Source of the DNA: Chthoniobacterales bacterium
GTDB lineage: Bacteria; Verrucomicrobiota; Verrucomicrobiia; Chthoniobacterales; Chthoniobacteraceae
Reading direction: 5' to 3'
NCBI GenBank assembly: GCA_038207335.1
Contig: JBBQZX010000023.1
Coordinates: forward strand, 28,847-92,846
Length of the DNA: 64,000 bases
The notes below the pieces were generated by a model. The model did no database searches and was not told where the DNA came from. It was given only the letters and a program-made list of their open reading frames with translations. Within the stretch, counting starts at the first letter, position 1. Every line of letters begins with the position of its first letter. Below, piece after piece: positions 54,052-64,000 of the stretch. The translations under genes and the position numbers were made by a program.

Positions 54052-56625
54052 TTACTTTGCCCAGGTGATCAACCGTAGCTCGTGCGCTTGCACGAGATTT
54101 GCATGCGTCGGGATCACGCGAACGCTCAGGCCGTAGCTGCCGCTTTCGGTCGCCGGAACCGTGCCTTCGTAGAGATACGCGTCGCCCTCGAGCTTCTTCG
54201 TCTGCTTGAGATCGATGGTGCTCGCCTTGGTGATTTCGTTGTCCACTGCCTCGCCGAGATACGCCTGCACGCGGACGAATTCCGGCGCGATCGGCCCGAG
54301 ATGCGCGACCACGCTGACCGGCAGCGTTTCGCCGACAAATACATGGCTCGCATCCGCGCCGACTTTCACATCGGCGATGCGAATGTTGTCCCACGATTTT
54401 CGAATCGTGTTCTTCCATTTGCTGAGCTCTACCGCCTTTTTCCCGCCGCCAGCGGCTAGCGTGATCTGCGCGCGCGCCGCGGGTTCATACAGCCGCTCGG
54501 CGTATTCCTGCACCATGCGGTGAGTGTTAAAAACGGGCGTCACGCTTCGGATCGACTCGCGCATGAGCTGCAGCCACGCGATCGGCAGCTTGCCGTCCGG
54601 CTTCGCGTAATAAAGCGGGATGACCTGCGTCTCGAGCACTCGGAAAAGGCTCGCGACGTCGATCTCATTTTCGATTTTCGGATCGACGACTTCCGTGCTC
54701 TCGGGGATTTCCGCGCCGATCGCCCAGCCGTTTTTGCCGTTGTAACTTTCGCACCACCAGCCATCGAGCACGCTGAGATTCAGCCCTCCATTCGGCGGCA
54801 ATTTCATGCCGCTCGTGCCGCTCGCCTCGAGCGGACGCCGCGGATTATTCAGCCACAAATCGACGCCCTGATACATCCGGCGTCCGACGTAGTGGTCGTA
54901 ATTCTCAACGAACACAATGCGATCCTGAAACTCCGGCATCCGCGAGAATTTATACACCTCTTGGATGAACCCCTTGCCCGGCTCGTCTTTCGGATGCGCT
55001 TTGCCGGCGAAGATGAATTGCACAGGCCGCTCTTCATTCGAGAGCAGCTTCAGGAGCCGCGCGGGATCGCTGAAAAGCAAAGTCGCGCGCTTGTAGGTCG
55101 CGAAGCGCCGCGCGAAACCGATCGTGAGCACTTCGGGATTCAGCATCCGGCTCACATGGCGCAGTTCCTCGGGCGATTCGCCGAGCCGTTCGCGCTGCGT
55201 GCGCACGCGCGAGCGGACGAATTCCACGAGGCGATTTTTCAGCCGGGAGTGTGTGTTCCAGAGCTCCTCGTCCGGGATGTCGAAGACGCCGCGCCAGAAA
55301 TCGGGCTCGGTGAGATGCTCCTCCCAATCGGGCAAATATTTGTCGTAGAGCGCGGCGAATTCCGGCGCCATCCACGTTTTCGTGTGGACGCCGTTCGTCA
55401 CGCTCGTGATCGGCACCTCGGTCTGCGGCACACCCTGCCACACATCCTTCCACAGCCCCTGGCTCACACGCCCGTGCAGCGCGCTCACGCCATTCGCGTG
55501 GCGACTCGTGCGCAGCGCGAAGATGGTCATCGAGAACGGCTCAGTCGGGTCGTTCCGCGTCTGGCCAAAACTGACGAACGTCGGAAAATCGATGCCGACT
55601 TTCGCCGGGTAGGTCCCGAAATATTTCTGCATCAGCTCCAGCGGAAACGCGTCGTTGCCCGCGGGCACCGGCGTGTGCGTCGTGAAAATATTTCCCGACG
55701 CGACGACCTGGAGCGACGAGTAAAAGTCGAGCTTGTCCTCGACCACGCCGCGCCGGATGAGTTCGAGCGAAATGAACGCTGCGTGGCCTTCATTCATGTG
55801 ATGCACGGCGGGCTTAATGCCCATCGCGTTCAGCGCGTGGATGCCGCCGATACCGAGCACGATCTCCTGCTTGATCCGCATCTCGTGGTCGCCGCCGTAG
55901 AGCTGCGCGGTGATCTGCCGGTCTTCCTCGGAGTTTTCCGGCAGGTCGGTGTCCAGCAGGTAAAGCGTGATCCGCCCGATGGCTACCTGCCACACTTTTG
56001 CCTTCACGATTCGGCCCAAAATCTCGACGCCGACGGTGAGCGTTTTGCCCTCGGTGTCGAGCGCGCCGCTGAGCGGGAGATGGCTGAAGTTTTGATTCAG
56101 CCGGATGCTCTCCTGCCAGCCGTCCTTGTTGATCTGCTGGCGGAAATATCCGTGTTTATAGAGCAGCGAAAACGCAACGAAATTCAGGCCGAGGTCGCTC
56201 GCGGATTTGCAGTGATCGCCCGAGAGGATGCCGAGACCGCCGGAATAAATCGGGAACGACTCGTGAAATCCGAACTCGGCCGAGAAGTAGGCGATGGGCG
56301 CGTTTTTCGAAAAAGGAGAATCGGTGCGCAGCTTTCCGTATGTGTCGGGCCGCGCGAGGTATGCGGTGAATTTGTCATACACCGCGTTCATGTCGCGGAG
56401 GAAGTCGTCATCCTGCGACACCTCGACGAGACGCGCCTGCTTGCAGAGTTGCAGCATCCGCAGCGGGTTGTGATTCGTCTGGTCCCACAGTGCGGGGTCG
56501 AGATGGCGGAAAAGCGCGCGGGCTTTTGGCTGCCATGTCCACCAGAGGTTCAGGAGGATTTTGCGGAGCGGTTCGAGCTCGGTGGGCAGCTTCGGGACGA
56601 CGTTAAAAGTATGGAGTGGTTGCAT
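54052..56625 (-). CDS. glgP: Alpha-glucan phosphorylase
   Basis: AYFSAEFG, YSGGLGILSGDH, HMNEGH, FARRFATYKR, AGKAHP, EASGTSGMK. Confidence 0.95.
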   Translation of the reverse strand: MQPLHTFNVVPKLPTELEPLRKILLNLWWTWQPKARALFRHLDPALWDQTNHNPLRMLQLCKQARLVEVSQDDDFLRDMNAVYDKFTAYLARPDTYGKLRTDSPFSKNAPIAYFSAEFGFHESFPIYSGGLGILSGDHCKSASDLGLNFVAFSLLYKHGYFRQQINKDGWQESIRLNQNFSHLPLSGALDTEGKTLTVGVEILGRIVKAKVWQVAIGRITLYLLDTDLPENSEEDRQITAQLYGGDHEMRIKQEIVLGIGGIHALNAMGIKPAVHHMNEGHAAFISLELIRRGVVEDKLDFYSSLQVVASGNIFTTHTPVPAGNDAFPLELMQKYFGTYPAKVGIDFPTFVSFGQTRNDPTEPFSMTIFALRTSRHANGVSALHGRVSQGLWKDVWQGVPQTEVPITSVTNGVHTKTWMAPEFAALYDKYLPDWEEHLTEPDFWRGVFDIPDEELWNTHSRLKNRLVEFVRSRVRTQRERLGESPEELRHVSRMLNPEVLTIGFARRFATYKRATLLFSDPARLLKLLSNEERPVQFIFAGKAHPKDEPGKGFIQEVYKFSRMPEFQDRIVFVENYDHYVGRRMYQGVDLWLNNPRRPLEASGTSGMKLPPNGGLNLSVLDGWWCESYNGKNGWAIGAEIPESTEVVDPKIENEIDVASLFRVLETQVIPLYYAKPDGKLPIAWLQLMRESIRSVTPVFNTHRMVQEYAERLYEPAARAQITLAAGGGKKAVELSKWKNTIRKSWDNIRIADVKVGADASHVFVGETLPVSVVAHLGPIAPEFVRVQAYLGEAVDNEITKASTIDLKQTKKLEGDAYLYEGTVPATESGSYGLSVRVIPTHANLVQAHELRLITWAK

Positions 56626-56731
56626 GGTTCCCTTCGTTGTTTTGTGACTGCGCTACGATGACTGGGGAGGGAACGCGCGGAGGCTACAGACGGGAACCAA
56701 TCTGGCAAGCAAGGAAGAAAAATGCGGAGGT

Positions 56732-56838
56732 TTTTGTAACCGCGGCGAACGCGGCGGGCGCGGCGGGCGCGGCGGGGAAAATGGAATCGCTCGTGTTTAC
56801 GCGCCCCTTCTGTCCGCCGCGTCCGTAGCGTTTCAAAA
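56732..56838. repeat. REP/MITE-like element with 9-bp periodic arms
   Basis: TTTTGTAAC, then four CGCGGCGRR units, ... CCGCCGCGTCCGTAGCGTTTCAAAA; termini resemble the 9075-9161 element. Confidence 0.55.
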
Positions 56839-56877
56839 AGCTAGAGAAGCCCGGCCTCCTTTGAAACCGGGCTTCTC
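56835..56877 (-). terminator. Intrinsic terminator hairpin downstream of 56919..57347
   Basis: 11-bp stem GAGAAGCCCGG / CCGGGCTTCTC (56844-56877) with an A run on the left and a T run on the right. Confidence 0.65.
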
Positions 56878-56918
56878 ATTTTGGGGGGAGAGCTGGCGAC
56901 CGGGCGTTTTACGCCCGG

Positions 56919-57347
56919 TCAGATTTTCGTCATGCGCGGCTTGTCGCTCTTCAAGACGACTTTGCCCTCGCGCACATCGCTGCCGGGCATCCGCACCACC
57001 GCTTCGTCGTAGCGCACGACGAGCGACTCGCCGTCCGCCTGGATCACCTCCACCGGCGTCCCCCGCGGGAGCTGGATCCAGCCGTAATTATGACCACCGC
57101 GCATCGCCGGGACTCGCGCATGGCCGAGCCGTTGCTCGACTCCGGCAGATGTGCTCTCCTCGGGTTTGGACGCTTGCGGTGAAGAGGGCGCCAGCACGCT
57201 CAGCGCGCCGGACACGTAGCTCTTCACCGTTTGAAAATTGGTCGTGTCTCTTTTGGCCGAATCCAGTGCGATCTCGTGAGGGATCACGACGGCGGAGATC
57301 GCGGCGGCGAGAACGAGGCTGATAATAATCGGGAGCTTCCGGTGCAT
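56919..57347 (-). CDS. Hypothetical exported protein, possible SH3-like C-terminus
   Basis: Hydrophobic N-terminus; GWIQLPRGTPVEVIQADGESLVVRY. Confidence 0.55.
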   Translation of the reverse strand: MHRKLPIIISLVLAAAISAVVIPHEIALDSAKRDTTNFQTVKSYVSGALSVLAPSSPQASKPEESTSAGVEQRLGHARVPAMRGGHNYGWIQLPRGTPVEVIQADGESLVVRYDEAVVRMPGSDVREGKVVLKSDKPRMTKI

Positions 57348-57394
57348 GAGGCAAATGTTGCCCCAAAACCCTACCTGTCCAACGAAAAGATAAA

Positions 57395-59398
57395 TTATTT
57401 TTCGCTGCTTCGAATCAGTTGCAAACCATCTGCGACGACGTACCCATCCGTGCCCGCGTTACTCACCGAGACGCGTGTCCCTTTTCCCGCGGGTAGGCGA
57501 AATTTACCGAGCGATTTCGCACCCGATTTCTCCTGCTCATCGACCGTCACCAGCTTGTCGTCGCCGCCCACCGTCACCGTCACGGGAACGTTTTTCGCGC
57601 GGTTCGGATTCGGTGGAAAGTGCAGCACGATCTCATATTCACCCGATGCCGAAATGTCGGGCGCCCAAGTCAGCGCCGCCTCGCCTTTGTGCGAATTCCC
57701 ATCGTGAACGTAGCCGCCGCCGACCCGCCGCGTGTCGGGCAGGTTCCCCGCCGTCCACTCGCCGGTTCGCGTGGCTTCCGAGTCGTCGAGGACGATTCCG
57801 TCGAGCTTCGAGGAGGCGGGTTTTGCGTCCGCGGTCGCGGCCCATTCGAGCACCTGCCCGTCACGCAGGAGCGCTTCCCGCAGCTTTGAATACTCGACTT
57901 TTTGCACAGACACCGAGCCGTCGATCGCCATTGCGGCGGCGGTCGCGGACGATTGCCCGAGGATCATGAAAACCGGCTCCATGCGGATCGAGCCGTACGC
58001 GATGTGCGTCGCGGAGAGCGCGACCGGCACGAAGAGATTCGTGCATTCCTCCGCCGGCGGGATGATCGAGCGATAGGAAATCGGATACGGCTTCACGCCG
58101 ACCTGTACGTCGCCTTCGTTCAGCGCGTGCCCGTCTTTCACGAGTCGCTGGCAGTTGTGCGAATCCATGTTGTAAGCGCCGAGCCCGACCGCGTCGTCGG
58201 CCTTTTCGGTGCCGCGGCAGTTGCTCTCGGTCATCACGTAGGCGCCGATCATGCGGCGCGCCTCGCGCACATACATGGCGTGCGGCCAGCCGCCGGTGTC
58301 TTGGAATTCGTCTTTGGGAAAGCCCCATTGCTGCATCTCGCCGCGCACGTTTTCCGGCACGCGCGGATCCGTCGCGAGAAAGGTGAGCACCCCGCGGATG
58401 TAGTCCTCATGCGCCTTCCAGAGCTTTTCGCGCGTCGCGTAATCGGCGTCCGGGTAGGCGTAGTTCGCGCCTATGAAGTCGGTGGAAAACGCGCCGTTGT
58501 TGTTAATATCCGTCTTGTCCGGCGTCACCATGTCGATCTTCAGGAAGGTTTTGAGCTTCGGCTTTTCGCCCGCCGCCGCGAGCGCCTCCATGTATCGTCC
58601 GAAGAGTTCATACTGCTTCGCGTCGTAGCCCGGCGGCGGCGCGATCGGCAGACGGTTTGCCGGGTTGTTCGTCAGGCAGAGGCGAAAATTGTAGGCCTGC
58701 ACGCACTTGTCGCCATCGCCCGGCGCGCCGCCATCGCCCGGCTGCACGAAGGGCAGCAGCCCGCTTTTCGGGTCACCCGGCTTCACATACGGATCGACCG
58801 CGACGCCAAATTGATGCGCCGGCGTCTTGCCGCGCACGCCGTTCAGCGTCTCACCAAAACGCGCATTCGCCTCGCGCCCGACCATATATTTCACGCCCGC
58901 TTTCGCCATCAGGTCGCCCTCATACGTGCAGTCGATGAATTCCTTTGCGCGGAACACATCGCCACTCTCCATCGCGATTTCCACGATCCGCACACCGTCC
59001 TTTTTCACGCTCGCGAGCCGCGCTCCGAAATGCACGCGCACTTCCGCCGACAGCAGCAGCGCACGCAATTCATCCTCAGCCACATGCGGCTCGAACCACC
59101 ACGCTTCAGCGCGCCCGTAGTGCCCGCCGAGCCGTTTGTAAAAGTCGTGCGCGAAGCCTCCGATCGCGGTTTTGTTCCCGATGTCCGTCCAGCCGAGCCC
59201 GCCGCTCGTGAGCCCGCCGACGTGCCTGCCGGGCTCCGCGATCACCGCCTTTTTTCCGAGCCTCGCCGCGGTGCATCCCGCAGCCACTCCGCCCGCCGTC
59301 GCGCCGTAGATGCAGATTTCCGTTTCGATCAAGTCCGCGCGCACCGAGCCCGAGCAAAAAGCGAACGCCACGGCGAGGAGAAGAAGGGGGATTTTCAT
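57395..59398 (-). CDS. Secreted FAD-dependent oxidoreductase with a C-terminal golvesin/xanthan-lyase-type carbohydrate-binding-like domain
   Basis: Signal peptide; IYGATAGG, GGLTSGGLG, FIDCTYEGDL, YVREARR, SIRMEP; C-terminal GTDGYVVADG. Confidence 0.85.
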   Translation of the reverse strand: MKIPLLLLAVAFAFCSGSVRADLIETEICIYGATAGGVAAGCTAARLGKKAVIAEPGRHVGGLTSGGLGWTDIGNKTAIGGFAHDFYKRLGGHYGRAEAWWFEPHVAEDELRALLLSAEVRVHFGARLASVKKDGVRIVEIAMESGDVFRAKEFIDCTYEGDLMAKAGVKYMVGREANARFGETLNGVRGKTPAHQFGVAVDPYVKPGDPKSGLLPFVQPGDGGAPGDGDKCVQAYNFRLCLTNNPANRLPIAPPPGYDAKQYELFGRYMEALAAAGEKPKLKTFLKIDMVTPDKTDINNNGAFSTDFIGANYAYPDADYATREKLWKAHEDYIRGVLTFLATDPRVPENVRGEMQQWGFPKDEFQDTGGWPHAMYVREARRMIGAYVMTESNCRGTEKADDAVGLGAYNMDSHNCQRLVKDGHALNEGDVQVGVKPYPISYRSIIPPAEECTNLFVPVALSATHIAYGSIRMEPVFMILGQSSATAAAMAIDGSVSVQKVEYSKLREALLRDGQVLEWAATADAKPASSKLDGIVLDDSEATRTGEWTAGNLPDTRRVGGGYVHDGNSHKGEAALTWAPDISASGEYEIVLHFPPNPNRAKNVPVTVTVGGDDKLVTVDEQEKSGAKSLGKFRLPAGKGTRVSVSNAGTDGYVVADGLQLIRSSEK

Positions 59399-59487
59399 GG
59401 AAAACAACAGAGCTAAGAGCCTCAAAAAAGTCGAGTTCCGCCGCGCGTCTCGACGCCCGCGGGCAGCCATGTAAATTCCCCGTCCCT

Positions 59488-61293
59488 GTGCCGCTGATTC
59501 CTCCCGAGACGATCGAGCAGATTCAGACCGCCAACGACATCGTGGAGGTCGTCGAAGGGTATTTTCCGCTCAAGCGCGCGGCCGGGATGTTCAAGGCGCT
59601 GTGCCCTTTTCACTCGGAGCGGACAGCGTCGTTTTCGGTCAATCCGAAGCGGCAGATATTCAAGTGCTTCGGCTGCGGCGCGGGCGGCGGGGTCATCAGG
59701 TTCGTGATGCAATACGAGAACCTCGATTTCATTAGCGCGGCGAAGAAGCTGGCGGAACGCGCTGGGATCAAGCTCGTCGATGCCGAGATGAGCCCAGAGG
59801 ACGCGGCGCGCTTTACCATGCGGCGGCGGCTGCTGGCGCTGCACGCGGAGGCGGCGGATTTTTTCCACCACACGCTGCTGCGCAAACCGTCGGCAAAGGT
59901 GGCACGGGATTATTTGAAAGGGCGCGGGATTTCGGCCGAGGTGGCGAAGTCGTGGAAGCTGGGATTCGCGCCGGATTCGTTCGAGGCGTTTGGGAATTTT
60001 GCGAGCGATCGCGGGTTTTCGGATGAGGAAATGCTCGCGAGCGGGCTTGTGAAATTGCGCGACGAGGACCGGCCGAATGGTGGGTTTTACGATCGGTTTC
60101 GGGGACGCGTGATGTTCCCCATCTATAATCATCGCACGAGCGAGGTGATCGCATTCAGCGGGCGCGTGCTGGAGGCGGATGCGAAGGCCGCGAAATATGT
60201 GAACTCGCCCGAGACCGTGCTTTTCACAAAAGGAAAGGTGCTCTTCGGCCTGCACAAAACGATGCGCGCAGTGATTGACAAGCAGCAGGCGATCGTGGTC
60301 GAGGGGCAAATCGATTTGATCACGGCATTCGAGGCGGGTGTGAAGAATGTGATTGCGTCGCAGGGCACGGCTTTCACGAAAGAACACGGGCGGATTTTGA
60401 AGCAATACGTCGGTGAGGGGGAGGTCGTGCTGTGCTTCGATGCCGACGCGGCGGGGCAGGCGGCGGCGGAGAAATCGCTCGAAATGCTGCTGGCGGAAAA
60501 TCTCACGGTGCTCGTGGTGGAGATGCCGCGCGGGGAGGACCCGGATTCGCTGATCCGCGGGCAGGGCGCGGAGGCGTTCATCGAGCGCGTGGCGGGCGCG
60601 CGGGAGTTCTTCGATTTCCAGCTCGAGAAAATGGCGCGCGCGGAGGATTTCGCGACCGCCGGCGGGAAGCGGCAGGCGGCGCGAAAGCTAACGACTTGGG
60701 CAAGCTTTCTGACCGATGCCGTGCTGCGCGAGGCGATCGTGAACAAGGCTTCGCAACGGTTGGAAATCTCGACGGAGGAGCTCACGCGGATGCTGAAAGC
60801 GCCGCGAAAAACGGCGAAGGACGATGACGAAATCCTCGACGCGCCCGAACCCATCGCGCTCGACCCGACGCTCCGCCTGCTCGCGATCGTGGCGCTGTGC
60901 GACGACGACGCGCGCGCCTGGCTGCTTGAGGAGCCGTGGAATGAAGTGCTCGAGCGCGAGCCCGACGGCGCGCTGCTTTCAAAAATCCTCGCCGCCGATC
61001 TGCAGCCGTCCGACCAGCCGTCGGTGAATACTTTCCTCACCACGCTCGAAGCCGGAGAAGAGTCCGTCGTGTGCGATCTTCTCGAGGAAAAGCGGCCGAA
61101 TCCCGTGGCGGTCGCGCACGCGTGCTGGAACGAGCTGGAGCAGCGGCAGACGCGGCGAAAAATCGAGGGAATCAAGGCGCGGCTGCGGACGCCGGGCCTC
61201 GCGGCGGAGGATGTCGAAAAGTGGCAGAAACAAATCCTTGATTTGCAAAAGCGTCTCTCCCATATTGCGCGGCCTTTTTCCCCGCCTCTCTAG
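59488..61293 (+). CDS. dnaG: DNA primase
   Basis: CPFH..C.GC zinc finger, [34 protein letters not shown]. Confidence 0.96.
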   Translation: MPLIPPETIEQIQTANDIVEVVEGYFPLKRAAGMFKALCPFHSERTASFSVNPKRQIFKCFGCGAGGGVIRFVMQYENLDFISAAKKLAERAGIKLVDAEMSPEDAARFTMRRRLLALHAEAADFFHHTLLRKPSAKVARDYLKGRGISAEVAKSWKLGFAPDSFEAFGNFASDRGFSDEEMLASGLVKLRDEDRPNGGFYDRFRGRVMFPIYNHRTSEVIAFSGRVLEADAKAAKYVNSPETVLFTKGKVLFGLHKTMRAVIDKQQAIVVEGQIDLITAFEAGVKNVIASQGTAFTKEHGRILKQYVGEGEVVLCFDADAAGQAAAEKSLEMLLAENLTVLVVEMPRGEDPDSLIRGQGAEAFIERVAGAREFFDFQLEKMARAEDFATAGGKRQAARKLTTWASFLTDAVLREAIVNKASQRLEISTEELTRMLKAPRKTAKDDDEILDAPEPIALDPTLRLLAIVALCDDDARAWLLEEPWNEVLEREPDGALLSKILAADLQPSDQPSVNTFLTTLEAGEESVVCDLLEEKRPNPVAVAHACWNELEQRQTRRKIEGIKARLRTPGLAAEDVEKWQKQILDLQKRLSHIARPFSPPL

Positions 61294-61340
61294 GAAATGA
61301 TTCCTCGAGGAGCGGGGATTCTCTTCTCCACATCTCGAGT

Positions 61341-63362
<2,022 letters not shown>

Positions 63363-63381
63363 CCGCTCGCCTCGACCGTCC

Positions 63382-63660
63382 TCAGGTCGCCGGGAAGCTG
63401 GAGGAGGGCACTGCGGAGGTGGGGGCCGTGCCGTTCCCTGCCTTGGTCTCGTCGTCCCGCAGGTCCTCGACGACCTCACGAGCCCGCTCGACGCCGAGGT
63501 CGACCGCTGCCTTCGCCTTCTCGGTCGCCGTCTCGTAGGCGTCGCTCCTGCGTGCCTTCCCCAGGAGCTCGTTGAGCTGGTCGTACCGCTCCCGTCCCGC
63601 CTTGGTGCCGAGGTAGTACCCCGCACCGAAGCCGACGGCCAGACCGAGTCGCATGCGCAT
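63382..63660 (-). CDS. Small YtxH-like membrane-anchored protein of actinobacterial type
   Basis: GFGAGYYLGTKAGRERYDQL motif. Confidence 0.65.
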   Translation of the reverse strand: MRMRLGLAVGFGAGYYLGTKAGRERYDQLNELLGKARRSDAYETATEKAKAAVDLGVERAREVVEDLRDDETKAGNGTAPTSAVPSSSFPAT

Positions 63661-63715
63661 GCCCCGTTCCTAGCCCCTCGGCGAACTCCTGAACCGGCCG
63701 GGCGGCACCGGCTCG

Positions 63716-63788
63716 TGGGGCGGGCGGGGATCGAACCCGCGACCGAGGGATTATGAGTCCCCTGCTCTGACCACTGAGCTACCGCCCC
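63716..63788 (-). tRNA. tRNA with CAT anticodon, probably tRNA-Ile2 (lysidine type); CCA not encoded
   Basis: GGGGCGGTAGCTCAGTGGTCAGAGCAGGGGACTCATAATCCCTCGGTCGCGGGTTCGATCCCCGCCCGCCCCA; cloverleaf with loop CTCATAA. Confidence 0.88.
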
Positions 63789-63818
63789 GCGCGGCGGGTT
63801 TGGTCTGCGGGTCGTGCG

Positions 63819-63891
63819 CTCCGGGGGCGGGACTCGAACCCGCAACCTTGGGATTAACAATCCCCTGCTCCGCCTATTGAGCTACCCCGGA
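63819..63891 (-). tRNA. tRNA-Asn (GTT); CCA not encoded
   Basis: TCCGGGGTAGCTCAATAGGCGGAGCAGGGGATTGTTAATCCCAAGGTTGCGGGTTCGAGTCCCGCCCCCGGAG. Confidence 0.92.
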
Positions 63892-64000
63892 AAGAGGGCA
63901 GCGGTGAGGCTAGCAGCGCGTCGAGGTGGCCCATGATCGCTCGGTGGGTGCGTGAGCAGCAGTACCGCACTGTGGCACATCCGTGGACGTGCTTGTTGTG

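Noticed and set aside
54520..56661. 713-aa plus-strand ORF, and similar long ORFs such as 15485..17311, 16939..18693, 23116..24789, 25781..27439, 57902..59416 and 62073..63860
   Set aside because: Antisense shadows of well-supported genes in high-GC DNA, with no recognisable motifs.
63716..63788. Functional link between tilS (6396) and the CAT-anticodon tRNA in the same window
   Set aside because: They are 57 kb apart and the tRNA lies beyond the suspected chimeric junction, so the co-occurrence is probably coincidental.

Overview
About 62.8 kb of this GC-rich window looks like a Verrucomicrobiota (Chthoniobacterales/Spartobacteria-like) chromosome, inferred from a PVC-type haem-binding protein, a PEP-CTERM protein with autotransporter-type repeats, three PilT paralogs, futalosine-pathway mqnC and an RpoD with a Lys/Ala-rich tail. 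Housekeeping genes (serS, tilS, typA, mqnC, nadA, fabD, glycerate kinase, glgP, dnaG, rpoD, a frameshifted infA) flank accessory surface-protein loci. The most striking locus (32.0-49.0 kb) has vapBC, then a small free-standing protease-propeptide gene whose stop codon falls at the presumed maturation site, then two tandem giant secreted proteins (2461 and 2634 aa). These share a colinear ~1860-aa stalk and C-terminal domain but carry unrelated heads: a Glu-type subtilase/sedolisin-like protease and an Asp-box beta-propeller. Synonymous G/C skew alternates in kilobase-scale blocks independently of gene strand. Several REP/MITE-like palindromes and a 22-bp-spaced ACAAG-N7-CTTGT array lie between genes. 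Within rpoD region 2 (~62.8 kb) the sequence switches to Actinobacteria-like DNA (rpoD C-terminus, a YtxH-like gene, tRNA-Ile2 and tRNA-Asn), most likely an assembly chimera. All calls rest on motif recognition by eye; no searches were run.
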